Notes under the pieces: generated by a model
Database searches by the model: none
What the model saw: only the letters and a program-made list of their open reading frames with translations
Told to the model about the DNA's origin: nothing
Part shown: positions 16,266 to 25,506 of the stretch, one piece after another
How the letters are laid out: each line of letters begins with the position of its first letter
Numbering within the stretch: position 1 is the first letter of the stretch
Origin: a virus
Lineage: Duplodnaviria > Caudoviricetes
Length of the DNA: 36,040 nt
IMG/VR virus record: IMGVR_UViG_3300012347_000020
Coordinates: 1 to 36,040 of that record
Reading direction: 5' to 3' (one strand)
Translations under genes and position numbers: made by a program

Positions 16266-17387
16266 ATGGCATACAACCTTTCAGCATTCGCGGGCGCAGG
16301 CGCTCAGTTCTTTGACAGCAACGGCACCCCGTTGGCCGGGGGTCTGCTGTACGTGTACACCGCAGGCACCACGACCCCGGCCACCACCTGGACCACCAGT
16401 GCAGGCACTGTTGCCAACACCAACCCCATCGTGATGAACGCTGCGGGCCGCACGCCTTTTGAGATTTGGCTCAACAGCGGCGTGACCTACAAGTTTGCCC
16501 TGTACACCTCAACCAACGTACTCATCGGCACGTACGACAACATCCCGGCAATTGACGACCCTACGGTGTTCAACAACCTGATCACGGTTACCGGCACCAA
16601 TGCGCTCATTGGCACCTCGGTGCCCCCGTATACGTCCTACGTGGCAGGTATGACGCTCAGTTTTCTTCCAGTCGCCACAAACACAGGCGCTGTGACCATT
16701 GACGTAGATGGTCTAGGTGCCAAGAACCTGTTTGTGGGTTCGGCAACCCCGATGGTGGGCGGCGAGTTGGTAGCGGGTCGGATTGCTCAAATTGAGTATG
16801 ACGGCACACGGTTTCAGTTGTACCAGTCGTCTATCTCAATTGCAGACGACTCAATCACCACAGCCAAATTGGCAGATGGTGCCGTCACCACCATCAAGAT
16901 TGCAGATATCAACGTCACCACGGGTAAGTTGGCAGACAACGCTGTCACCACCGCCAAGATCACCAACGGTAACGTGACCGAGGCCAAGATTGGCACGGGT
17001 GCTGTAACCGTGGACAAGATTGGATCGGGTGCCGTAACCGGTGCCAAACTGGACGGCGCGCAGACAGGCGCAGCCCCCATCTACGGCGCTCGGGCTTGGG
17101 TGAACTTCAACGGCACCGGCACTGTGGCAATCAGGGCCAGCGGCAACGTGTCTAGCATCACGGACAACGGCACAGGTGATTACACGGTCAACTTTGCAAC
17201 AGCTTTGCCGGATGCAAACTATTCGGTTGTCGGTGCAGCAAGACGGTCTGCTTCCAATGAAGATTTTGGGTTTGCTTTGAAAACTGGTGGAATCCAAAGC
17301 ACAACCGCAGTGCAAGTTTGCTCAAAACCCACGTCAAACACACCTCTTGAGGATGGTCAAACTGTTTGCGTCACCATCCACCGCTGA
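16266..17387 (+). CDS. tail fibre/spike
   Basis: QFFD.NG.PLAGG head-binding-like N-terminus, about 7 ten-residue (I/V)T..K(I/L) repeats, RAWVNFNG...NVSSITDNGTGDY C-terminal domain. Confidence 0.8.
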   Translation: MAYNLSAFAGAGAQFFDSNGTPLAGGLLYVYTAGTTTPATTWTTSAGTVANTNPIVMNAAGRTPFEIWLNSGVTYKFALYTSTNVLIGTYDNIPAIDDPTVFNNLITVTGTNALIGTSVPPYTSYVAGMTLSFLPVATNTGAVTIDVDGLGAKNLFVGSATPMVGGELVAGRIAQIEYDGTRFQLYQSSISIADDSITTAKLADGAVTTIKIADINVTTGKLADNAVTTAKITNGNVTEAKIGTGAVTVDKIGSGAVTGAKLDGAQTGAAPIYGARAWVNFNGTGTVAIRASGNVSSITDNGTGDYTVNFATALPDANYSVVGAARRSASNEDFGFALKTGGIQSTTAVQVCSKPTSNTPLEDGQTVCVTIHR

Positions 17388-17396
17388 AAGAACACC

Positions 17397-17585
17397 ATGA
17401 ACCAACGCATCATTTACCCCACAGACGAAGGCGGCGTGGCGATCATCATTCCGGCCCCTGAGTGCGGCCTGACGATTGACGAAATTGCAGCCAAAGACGT
17501 GCCAGAAGGTAAGCCATTCAAAATCGTGGACGTGTCCGACATCCCAACGGATCGCACATTCCGCGCAGCATGGGAGTACGCATGA
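17397..17585 (+). CDS. small fibre-associated protein
   Basis: IAAKDVP...P.DRTFRAAW motif; directly after fibre gene. Confidence 0.7.
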   Translation: MNQRIIYPTDEGGVAIIIPAPECGLTIDEIAAKDVPEGKPFKIVDVSDIPTDRTFRAAWEYA

Positions 17586-17809
17586 TCACCATCAACCTCG
17601 ACAAAGCCAAAGCCGTGGCGCACGACAAGCGCCGTGCAACCCGTGCTGCTGAGTTTGCACCCTTGGACATCAAGGCCACCATTCCAAGCGAAGCTGTGGC
17701 CGCTGAAGCTGCGCGTCAGGCTATCCGCGACAAGTACGCTGTCATCCAGGTTGACATCGACACAGCGCCCGGTGTTCCCGAGCTTACTTTGGTTGTCCAG
17801 AGTTTGTGA
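17582..17809 (+). CDS. putative tail fibre assembly protein
   Basis: ATGA overlap; helical RQAIRD motif. Confidence 0.65.
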   Translation: MITINLDKAKAVAHDKRRATRAAEFAPLDIKATIPSEAVAAEAARQAIRDKYAVIQVDIDTAPGVPELTLVVQSL

Positions 17810-18180
17810 TGCCAACAACCCTCGTAGATGATCGTGAAGCAGGCTTGCGCGTTGGGTATGACGCCACAGACTGGTCTGCTCCAATCGTTTACGAGGAGTA
17901 CCGAAATGCAGTAAAAGATTGGATAATTAAGGCAATTAGCCGAGATGGTCAAGTCATTGGCGCGGTGTATCTCAACGGTGATGAATTACATGTGTCAGTT
18001 TTGCCGGAATGGCGAAAGCGTTGGCTGACCAAAGGGTTGCTGAAACAACTGTTCAACGGCCCCCGAGTAACAACCAAAGTCACAACAGGGCATGATTACA
18101 TGTACGATGTTTTGAAACGACTTGGATTTAAAGAATCTGACGGCGGCCTGTTGGTCAAGGAGAGTTCAAATGGGTATTGA
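17806..18180 (+). CDS. GNAT-fold-like protein preceding ejection proteins
   Basis: ELHVSVLPEWRKRW...LKRLGF resembles GNAT motifs A and B. Confidence 0.55.
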   Translation: MMPTTLVDDREAGLRVGYDATDWSAPIVYEEYRNAVKDWIIKAISRDGQVIGAVYLNGDELHVSVLPEWRKRWLTKGLLKQLFNGPRVTTKVTTGHDYMYDVLKRLGFKESDGGLLVKESSNGY

Positions 18181-18865
18181 AACCGCAATCATAGGTAGCG
18201 CCGTATTGGGCGCGGCCTCGTCGCGCAACGCAGCTAAGACGCAAGCAAACGCTGCCAACCAAGCAGCAGGGCTTCAACAGCAGCAGTACGAGCAGACCCG
18301 CGCAGACCAAGCACCGTTTCGCGCTGCCGGTGAGCAGGCGCTGAACAAACTGATTCCGTTGTCGGACTACACCAAGTTCGGCATGGATCAGTTCCAGCAA
18401 GACCCAGGGTACGCTTTCCGGTTGTCCGAGGGTCAGAAGGCGCTGGAGCGCAGCGCCGCTGCCCGGGGTGGCCTGATCTCTGGTAGCGCGTTAAAAGCCG
18501 CCACTCGATTTGGTCAGGATATGGGTTCGCAGGAATACCAAAACGCGTTCAATCGGTATCAAACTGAACGCAGCGCCCAGTTGAATCCATTGCAGTCGTT
18601 GGCTGGTCTTGGTCAGTCGTCTACCAACTTTGTCAACACCGCTGGTCAGAACTACGCCAACAACGCAGGTGCTGCTTACGGTGCTGCGGGTCAAGCCAAT
18701 GCCTCTGGCTACATGGGTCAAGCCAATGCGATGGGTCAGGGCGTCAGCCAATACCTCGGGTATCAGAGCAACAACAATTTGCTGAATGCGTTGAACCAAA
18801 ATCGAGGTAGCACGTATGGTGCGTTTGGTGGCGGCAGTGGCACATTCGGGGAAGGACAGTATTAA
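18170..18865 (+). CDS. DNA ejection (internal virion) protein 1
   Basis: A/Q/G-rich; hydrophobic N-terminus; DPGY.FR..EG..A..RSAAARGG..SG motif. Confidence 0.75.
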   Translation: MGIETAIIGSAVLGAASSRNAAKTQANAANQAAGLQQQQYEQTRADQAPFRAAGEQALNKLIPLSDYTKFGMDQFQQDPGYAFRLSEGQKALERSAAARGGLISGSALKAATRFGQDMGSQEYQNAFNRYQTERSAQLNPLQSLAGLGQSSTNFVNTAGQNYANNAGAAYGAAGQANASGYMGQANAMGQGVSQYLGYQSNNNLLNALNQNRGSTYGAFGGGSGTFGEGQY

Positions 18866-18866
18866 C

Positions 18867-20147
18867 ATGGCACTCGTTGATCCAAACATTGCAATGGGAT
18901 ATCGCGGCATTGAAGTCCCAAACCAGTTGGCGCAGTACGCTCAGATTCAACAGATTCAGGGCAGTCGGCAAGCGCAGGAAATGAACGCTCTCAAGATGCA
19001 GGAGGCTCAATCTGCCATGCAGGAGCGTAATGCTTTGCGTCAACTGAACCCAGCAGCTGAGGATTACGAAAGTCAGTTGTTCAAGGTCAACCCTTCGTTG
19101 GGCATCCAATACCGCAAAGAAGCCGCCGACACAGCAGCCAAGAAAGCCGCACAGGCGACATCCGAGTTTGAGCTCAGGGTAAAGCAGCGTAAGTTTGGAG
19201 ATGACCTTAAGCGTGGGTTGTCCTCTAATCCATCAAACGAAAACATTATCGCTTTTGGTCAGGATGCGTTGCTGCAAGGCTTGTACACGAAAGAGCAAGT
19301 TGACGCAACCGTCAGTCAGTTGCTGGCGCTGCCGGTGGAAGAAAGGGTGAGAATCCTCTCACAATCTGGTGCAACTGCTGGAGAATTGCGACCTATCTCG
19401 GTAGGTAACTCGTTAATGACACCACAAGGTCGAGTGCTTGCCACGGCACCTCGCCAGTCGCAGCTTCTTACTCCGGAAGAAGAAGCTCAAAAAGCGCGAG
19501 TTGCTGCTGCTGGGCGTGCGCCTGCGCAGCCAGTTGCCCCAACGATTACACAAATTGTTGACCCATCAAACCCCAATCAAATGATCACAGTTGATGCTCG
19601 TCGTTATGCAGGCGGTGGCGTTGGTTCACCGGGTGTGTTGGGTGTGGGCGGCAAAGAACCCGGCGCGGCTGTTCGGGAAAACAAAGCCGAAGCAGGCAAA
19701 TCGCAACTTGCTGACGATCTGGACAATTTGCGATCATCGTTTGCAACGCTTGACAAAATGCGAGCCATCCCAAGTACTGATCGCAACGCGCTGTCAAACA
19801 TTGCATCCGCCACTGCCGCTACAGGTCTTGGACAAGCCGCTGGTCGATTTGTTGGAACTGAAGCGCAAGTGGAGCGTGAAGTCATCAACAGCGCCCGTAC
19901 ACGATTGGTCAATTCGATCAAAAATGCCACAGGTATGTCAGCACAGCAACTTAACTCGAACGTGGAACTGCAAACCATGCTCAAGTCAATTTCTGACCCA
20001 GCTCAACCAATCCAGGCAGCATTGCGAATCATTGATGACATTGAAAATGCGTACGTCAAAGGTGCGGGAATGCCTAAAAAGAATGCACCTGCTGCCGGTA
20101 AACCTGCCGCGCCCGACATTGAATCTCTCCTCAACAAGTACAAATAA
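18867..20147 (+). CDS. DNA ejection protein 2
   Basis: Helical A/Q-rich, syntenic position. Confidence 0.65.
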   Translation: MALVDPNIAMGYRGIEVPNQLAQYAQIQQIQGSRQAQEMNALKMQEAQSAMQERNALRQLNPAAEDYESQLFKVNPSLGIQYRKEAADTAAKKAAQATSEFELRVKQRKFGDDLKRGLSSNPSNENIIAFGQDALLQGLYTKEQVDATVSQLLALPVEERVRILSQSGATAGELRPISVGNSLMTPQGRVLATAPRQSQLLTPEEEAQKARVAAAGRAPAQPVAPTITQIVDPSNPNQMITVDARRYAGGGVGSPGVLGVGGKEPGAAVRENKAEAGKSQLADDLDNLRSSFATLDKMRAIPSTDRNALSNIASATAATGLGQAAGRFVGTEAQVEREVINSARTRLVNSIKNATGMSAQQLNSNVELQTMLKSISDPAQPIQAALRIIDDIENAYVKGAGMPKKNAPAAGKPAAPDIESLLNKYK

Positions 20148-20149
20148 TT

Positions 20150-22432
20150 ATGGCAACACTTGAACAACTCAGCGCAGCGTTGGTCAAGGCTGACGCTGCG
20201 GGTAACACCGCAGATGCCAAAGCTTTTGCGGATGCAATTCGACAGATACAGTCATCTGCAAAACCCGTAACGCAAGCCAAAGAGCGCAGCACTGTTGGTG
20301 AAATCTTGGCACCTGTTGAAGCAATTGGTCAAGGTTTCAGCAGTGGCGCGGCAAACGTGATGATGGGTGGTCAGCGACTGGTGGGCAAGGGTCTGTCTGC
20401 CCTTGGTGCCAAGGATACCGGCGCATTTTTGCAAGAGGATGCTGCTCGACGTCTTGCGCAATCGCAAGCCACGGTTGCGCCATTCAAACAAGAGTTTCCT
20501 TTTTTGGCAGGCGCGGGTGAACTGGGCGCTGAGATTGTCGGCACCCTTCCTGTTGGCGGCGCAATTGCCGCACCCTTGAAGGCGATCCCCGCAGCCGCAC
20601 CGTTGGCGCAAGCCATTCGCACTGGCGGGTTTTCCAAAGGCAACCTCGCCACACGCGCAGCAGGCGGTGCAACTTTAGGCGGCGCGTCTGCTGCGGTCAT
20701 CAATCCAGAAGAAGCTGCAACCGGTGCCATCCTTGGGGGTGCTTTGCCTTTTGCTGGCCCTGCTCTTGGGTACGTTGGGGGTAAGGTGGCAAACTTGCGC
20801 ACAATGCCTCAAAATCGTGCAGCTAACCTTGCTCAACAAGCCGCTGGTGCTGACCTCAAAGAGGTTATCAACGCCCTGCGAAATGCGCCACCCGATGTCG
20901 GGGTTGCCCAAGTTCTTGCGAGGTTTCAGAACCCTGCGCTCCAAGCCCTTGTAAAAGACTCGCTAGAGTCTACGCCTCAAGGCGCTCAGTACTTGAACAA
21001 GCTGGGTACCATGACTGAAACCCAAGCTGTTAATGAGCTTGGAAAACTGGTAGGTGGTAAAACTGCGACAGATGTTCGAGGTGTTGTAGAGGCAACCAAA
21101 AAGAACTTGAGTGCTGTCACAACACCAATGCGAGATAGCGCACTTGCTCGGGGGAATTTGGGCAAAGAAGTTGCCCGTCTTGAGTCAATGTCTGCCGAGT
21201 TGGGCGAACAAGCTGCCGCCGAAGTTCAAAAAGTCCGTAGGTTGATTGAACTTGGTGACGTTGCTGCTGCGGCTGCGCGACTGGAGACAATTAAAATGGG
21301 TCTGCCTGCAAGCTCTAGACTTGCTCCAGCTAAATCCCAAGCAGGTTTTTCGGATGAGTTTGCCGCAAAATTCACCTACCCCGGCAAACTTGCGCAGATG
21401 TCCGACGAATGGGCGTCTAACTCAGCCACAGCTTCGCTTGATCTTGGTCAAGGCGCTCGATTTGCCCAAGCCGCCGCAGATGCGCTGCGTAAATCGGGCA
21501 TCCAGCCTCTCAAGGGTGACGAACTTGCTCTTCGCATCAAGGGTGTTGGTAATAACCCTGAGTTTGCTGGCAACGATTTGCTTTTAGGCGCTTTGCGAAA
21601 CGTCAGCGATGACATTGGTAAATGGACTAATAATGGTGGTGTCATTGATCTGGTAGCACTTGACGCCATTCGTAAAAATTCCGTCAATGCTGCAATTCAG
21701 CAACTCCGTCCAGGCATGGATGCCACAAGTCAACGAAATGCCGCTGCTGGTGTTCTCAGCCGAATCAAGCCCGTAATTGACAACGCCATTGAGACATCTG
21801 GTGGTACGGGATACCGCGAATACTTGGCGACCCATGCCAAAGGGATGCAGAAAATTGCTGAAAGGGAATTGACCGGTGAGGCGTTGCGGTTATGGAAACA
21901 GCCAAACAAGGACGCTTTTGTAGATTTAGTTCAAAACGAATCGCCCGATGTTGTGGAAAAGGTTCTTGGTCCCGGTAAGTACAACATCGCCGTTGAGTTG
22001 GCTGACAGCACATTGGCGGTACTTCGCAAGCAGGCAACTGATCACATGGACCGTCTCGCTGCAAGCAAGCAGGCCACAGACGGTCAAAAGGCATTAACCA
22101 CTCTGGTGGCTCAAAACACATCATCCATTCGTCTGCCTTCGTTTATTAATGCTTGGTCTGCTGCTGGTAACAAAACCATCAGTGAGTTAGAGAAGCGACT
22201 GGGGACCAAGACAACAAAGCTGTTGTCTGACGCCATGCAGAACCCTCAATCTGCGGCAAACCTCCTTGAAGTGCTGCCACCATCCGAAAGAAACAAGGTC
22301 ATCCAGTTGCTCAACAACCCAGCGTCCTTGGGCGCAAAGGGGGCAGCATTGACCCGTGGTGTCACAGCACCTGCTGCACCGGCAAACAATCTCGCACCTC
22401 AAAGCGAGAAACAAAACGCCCTTGCTCGTTAA
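20150..22432 (+). CDS. large DNA ejection protein 3
   Basis: 760 aa, Ala-rich with G/A hydrophobic stretches; last structural gene. Confidence 0.65.
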   Translation: MATLEQLSAALVKADAAGNTADAKAFADAIRQIQSSAKPVTQAKERSTVGEILAPVEAIGQGFSSGAANVMMGGQRLVGKGLSALGAKDTGAFLQEDAARRLAQSQATVAPFKQEFPFLAGAGELGAEIVGTLPVGGAIAAPLKAIPAAAPLAQAIRTGGFSKGNLATRAAGGATLGGASAAVINPEEAATGAILGGALPFAGPALGYVGGKVANLRTMPQNRAANLAQQAAGADLKEVINALRNAPPDVGVAQVLARFQNPALQALVKDSLESTPQGAQYLNKLGTMTETQAVNELGKLVGGKTATDVRGVVEATKKNLSAVTTPMRDSALARGNLGKEVARLESMSAELGEQAAAEVQKVRRLIELGDVAAAAARLETIKMGLPASSRLAPAKSQAGFSDEFAAKFTYPGKLAQMSDEWASNSATASLDLGQGARFAQAAADALRKSGIQPLKGDELALRIKGVGNNPEFAGNDLLLGALRNVSDDIGKWTNNGGVIDLVALDAIRKNSVNAAIQQLRPGMDATSQRNAAAGVLSRIKPVIDNAIETSGGTGYREYLATHAKGMQKIAERELTGEALRLWKQPNKDAFVDLVQNESPDVVEKVLGPGKYNIAVELADSTLAVLRKQATDHMDRLAASKQATDGQKALTTLVAQNTSSIRLPSFINAWSAAGNKTISELEKRLGTKTTKLLSDAMQNPQSAANLLEVLPPSERNKVIQLLNNPASLGAKGAALTRGVTAPAAPANNLAPQSEKQNALAR

Positions 22433-22450
22433 AATACAGAATCTATCATC

Positions 22451-22693
22451 ATGGAAGTATCAGACATGGCCGAGATCGACCCTGTGAAATATGGTGTGCT
22501 CTGGGAGCGCGTTCAGAACTACGAGCGCAGGTTCGACGAGATGTCCAGCAAGATGGACAAGATGGAGGCCAACGTCGAGAAGCTGGTGGCCCTTGCCAAC
22601 CAGGGGCGCGGTGGGTTTTGGGCCGGCATGGCGTTCGTGTCGTTCGTCTCCAGCGCCATTGGGTTTGGCCTCAGTTGGCTCAAGGGGCACTGA
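22451..22693 (+). CDS. coiled-coil plus single-TM lysis-associated protein (alternative start 22466)
   Basis: Heptad-like N-terminal half and C-terminal GFWAGMAFVSFVSSAIGFGLSW helix; upstream of endolysin. Confidence 0.7.
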   Translation: MEVSDMAEIDPVKYGVLWERVQNYERRFDEMSSKMDKMEANVEKLVALANQGRGGFWAGMAFVSFVSSAIGFGLSWLKGH

Positions 22694-22695
22694 TC

Positions 22696-23073
22696 GTGTT
22701 CTCCCTTGGCCCACGCTCCAAGCAACGCCTGAGAGGGGTTCACCCTGATCTGGTCAAAGTGGTTGAGCGTGCCATCAAGATCACCGATGTGGACTTCACA
22801 GTGCTTGAGGGCTTACGGACACCCGAGCGTCAAAAGGCACTGGTGGAGGCCGGGGCCAGTCAGACGCTCAACAGTCGCCACCTCACGGGTCACGCTGTTG
22901 ATCTGGGTGCTTGGGTCGGGGATGAGGTTCGATGGGACTGGCCCCTGTACTACAGGATCGGAGCAGCCATGAAAGAAGCGGCCAAGCAGGAAGGCGTCAG
23001 CATTGTCTGGGGCGGAGACTGGAAGATGCGTGATGGGCCACATTTCGAGCTTAACCGCAAGCTCTATCCTTGA
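22696..23073 (+). CDS. endolysin, M15 family L-Ala-D-Glu peptidase
   Basis: GLRT.ERQ, S.H..GHAVD, WGGDW, DGPHFEL zinc-peptidase motifs; GTG start 22696. Confidence 0.92.
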   Translation: MFSLGPRSKQRLRGVHPDLVKVVERAIKITDVDFTVLEGLRTPERQKALVEAGASQTLNSRHLTGHAVDLGAWVGDEVRWDWPLYYRIGAAMKEAAKQEGVSIVWGGDWKMRDGPHFELNRKLYP

Positions 23074-23584
23074 TCACTTGACGGATAACTTGACCAATGC
23101 GCTGCATTTCAGAAAACGTAAACCGATCACCGCGCGCAAAATTACACGGCGCGCATGACGGGGCAACATTTCCTTTTATGTGCGGTTGGTCATTGTCAAC
23201 TCTGTCCAATCCGCGCGGAAGATCGGTAGTTCCGCAATGAATACAAGGCTGAACAATCAAAGCGAGTACCTCCGCAGTTGTCATGTCGCACTTATCAACT
23301 CGCTCATATGCTTTTCGCAAAAAAACCGCGCGTCCTTTATCTGTCTTTGCATATTTTTGATTGCGGGCCTTAGCCTTGCTGCGCTGCTCGTCAGTCATTT
23401 GACCCCATCGGTCACTGCGATTATCTCGACCACGTTTGCGTGCGCGGTGGCATTCACGGCACTCATAGGCCAAACCAAGAGGTCGGCTTTTGTCGCACGT
23501 AAAAAAGTCTACCGTTGCTGGAAAGACTTGGTTACACCGACTGCACTGGCGAGTTGTAGATGTATTGTTTGGGTTATTGTTCAT
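23051..23584 (-). CDS. HNH/His-Me endonuclease, antisense insert in lysis cassette
   Basis: N-terminal CSRC...CREC zinc finger; CIHCG...GLDRVDN..H..GNV..C..CN core; ATG 23584. Confidence 0.85.
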   Translation of the reverse strand: MNNNPNNTSTTRQCSRCNQVFPATVDFFTCDKSRPLGLAYECRECHRARKRGRDNRSDRWGQMTDEQRSKAKARNQKYAKTDKGRAVFLRKAYERVDKCDMTTAEVLALIVQPCIHCGTTDLPRGLDRVDNDQPHIKGNVAPSCAPCNFARGDRFTFSEMQRIGQVIRQVIKDRACG

Positions 23585-23619
23585 GCCCCAATTATAAAGA
23601 CGTTCCACACAAATAGGAA
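23585..23619 (-). promoter_or_regulatory. promoter for a probably leaderless HNH transcript
   Basis: TTCCTA-17 nt-TATAAT-6 nt-ATG on minus strand. Confidence 0.6.
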
Positions 23620-23625
23620 ATACCC

Positions 23626-24039
23626 ATGATCTGGCAAGCACTCATCCCGGTCATCGGCGGAATCTTGGAAAAGGTGCTGCCAGACCCACAGGCAGCGGCA
23701 GACGCCAAGATCAAATTGCTTGATCTGGCGCAGCGCGGCGAGTTGGCGGTGCTGGATGCAGAAACCAAACTCGCATTGGGTCAGCTTGACGTGAACAAGG
23801 TTGAGGCGTCCACCGATATGTTCCGTGGCGGCTGGCGTCCGGCAACCGGCTGGGCCTGCGTTTTCGGTCTGGTGTACCAGTTCCTTGTCCAGCCGCTTTT
23901 ACCCTGGTTGCTGGCCGTTCTGGGCGTCTCTGTGCCACCGTTGCCACCCATCGACAATGAGACGCTCATGGTCTTGCTCACTGGCATGTTGGGCTTGGGT
24001 GGCCTGCGCACGTTTGAGCGCATTAAGGGTAAGGCTTAA
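23626..24039 (+). CDS. holin, GTA 3TM-holin-like
   Basis: N.VEA....F.GGWRP..GW and GMLGLGGLRTFE..KG motifs; hydrophobic segments. Confidence 0.85.
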   Translation: MIWQALIPVIGGILEKVLPDPQAAADAKIKLLDLAQRGELAVLDAETKLALGQLDVNKVEASTDMFRGGWRPATGWACVFGLVYQFLVQPLLPWLLAVLGVSVPPLPPIDNETLMVLLTGMLGLGGLRTFERIKGKA

Positions 24040-24257
24040 GACCAGTGGGCCGCACAGGCCGCAATGAACCCCATCCACAGCATCCCGAAGACCCCCAGCA
24101 GCATCCAGTAGGCCAGCTTACGCAGTTGGTAGCGCCAGACGCTCGGCGGTAGTGGCTCGGCAGCTTTCATGACAGGCTTGGCCTTCGCTACTCGGGCAGG
24201 GCACTCTCGGCCTTGGTTGCATCCATAGTTGGTGCAATAATCATCGCAATAGTTCAT
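24036..24257 (-). CDS. small membrane-anchored hypothetical protein
   Basis: C...CNQGR.CPAR motif plus C-terminal TM. Confidence 0.75.
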   Translation of the reverse strand: MNYCDDYCTNYGCNQGRECPARVAKAKPVMKAAEPLPPSVWRYQLRKLAYWMLLGVFGMLWMGFIAACAAHWS

Positions 24258-24496
24258 GGTGTCACCTTTGCTCGCATATCTGCAATTTCGCGCACATAAT
24301 CCTCAAACGGGTCATTTTCTCTCATAGACCATTCTTGTTCAGTCGCAAGGGCAACCATCTCATCACGCTCATCTGCGCGAATAAAAGCTTCAAATCGTTC
24401 AAGGTCTGCCAGCCAACCATCAATGATTCGCTGACCTCCAAACAACTCACGAAAAGACATTCCAGCCTCACGGGCTACTTCAATGGTGGGTTTCAT
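24254..24496 (-). CDS. hypothetical protein (AREAG...RADER module)
   Basis: ATGA overlaps on both sides; shares motifs with 26634-26909. Confidence 0.7.
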   Translation of the reverse strand: MKPTIEVAREAGMSFRELFGGQRIIDGWLADLERFEAFIRADERDEMVALATEQEWSMRENDPFEDYVREIADMRAKVTP

Positions 24497-24963
24497 ACAA
24501 CGGCTCTCGCTTTCTTGTGGTTGATGTCCTTGATGATTTCGTGCAGGGCTTTCTCCATCTGCGCGACTGTGCAGCGCTCAAGCTGCGCGTCATGAATCTC
24601 CATGACGGTGTTAGCGGCGTTCAACTCGGCACCGGTGAACATGAACCTGTCTCCCTTGGCAACGCCCCTCTTGCACATCGTGAGCAGCGCATCCTGACCC
24701 GCCCTGATCTCTTGCGACCAGTCCTTGCCCAGTGATGCGTCAACCCTCGTCAGCGCCTCGGTGACGTTGAACGCCTCAATCAGCACGTCCATGTCTTTGC
24801 GAGTGGCAGTGCCCTCTACCACGCAGCGCAGCGCCAAGTGGTTCTTGATTCGCACGTTGCTCATGACCTCGGTGGCCGTCAGCACGGGCTTCATGCCTGC
24901 AATGACCCAGTTGAGCGGGTCGAGAAGTTGAGCCTTTGGGCGGTACTTGCTACGCTTTTTCAT
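24493..24963 (-). CDS. conserved phage hypothetical protein
   Basis: MKKRSKYRPK start at 24963; HDAQL motif; coherent codon usage. Confidence 0.75.
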   Translation of the reverse strand: MKKRSKYRPKAQLLDPLNWVIAGMKPVLTATEVMSNVRIKNHLALRCVVEGTATRKDMDVLIEAFNVTEALTRVDASLGKDWSQEIRAGQDALLTMCKRGVAKGDRFMFTGAELNAANTVMEIHDAQLERCTVAQMEKALHEIIKDINHKKARAVV

Positions 24964-25288
24964 CCGACTTCCTTTTGATGTGAACCTGGGGAGGCTCGTT
25001 GGCAAGCCAGACCGTGTAGCTCTTGGTGCGGTGGTCTTTCAGTTGTCTAAAAGACACTTTACCCTTAAGACCCTTGTTATCCAAGAATCGCTGCATTGAC
25101 CTTCTGACGCTATCAAAGTCGTGTTCTGGCACCACCATCGCCTGCTTGAAGTCGAGTAGGGTCATGAACTTGGCGTCATACTGCGTCACTCCCTTGCGCT
25201 TGGTGTTGACCTGCGGGATTGGGACAAACCGAATTACTTCTTCCCCGGTAAAAATATTCTTGACTGGTGCGAATCGAGTTGCTGTCAT
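24950..25288 (-). CDS. basic hypothetical protein
   Basis: 112 aa, AGGAG SD, overlaps neighbours. Confidence 0.7.
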   Translation of the reverse strand: MTATRFAPVKNIFTGEEVIRFVPIPQVNTKRKGVTQYDAKFMTLLDFKQAMVVPEHDFDSVRRSMQRFLDNKGLKGKVSFRQLKDHRTKSYTVWLANEPPQVHIKRKSDEKA

Positions 25289-25506
25289 GTGTTCTTCTCC
25301 TTGAGTTTGACCTCGATGGCTCGGATCAAGCCGCCAGTGCCGTAGTCAAACGTGGATGCAAAATATCTGAACTCATCATCTGTCAGCCCAACCCATTGTT
25401 GTGAGGGTTGTTCTTTCAATGCAAAGTCCTTACAGTTGGTTTTATTGTTCACCCCAAAATAGGCGCAATCTGCTTGGCTACAGTCTTTGCAGTTCACCTT
25501 ACTCAT
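25285..25506 (-). CDS. hypothetical protein with WVGLTD module
   Basis: Cys-rich N-terminus plus WVGLTD...AIE.KLKEKNT. Confidence 0.7.
   Translation of the reverse strand: MSKVNCKDCSQADCAYFGVNNKTNCKDFALKEQPSQQWVGLTDDEFRYFASTFDYGTGGLIRAIEVKLKEKNT

Noticed and set aside
22655-22663. GCCATTGGG as another array-motif site
   Set aside because: 8/9 match inside a CDS (Ala-Ile-Gly codons), expected by chance
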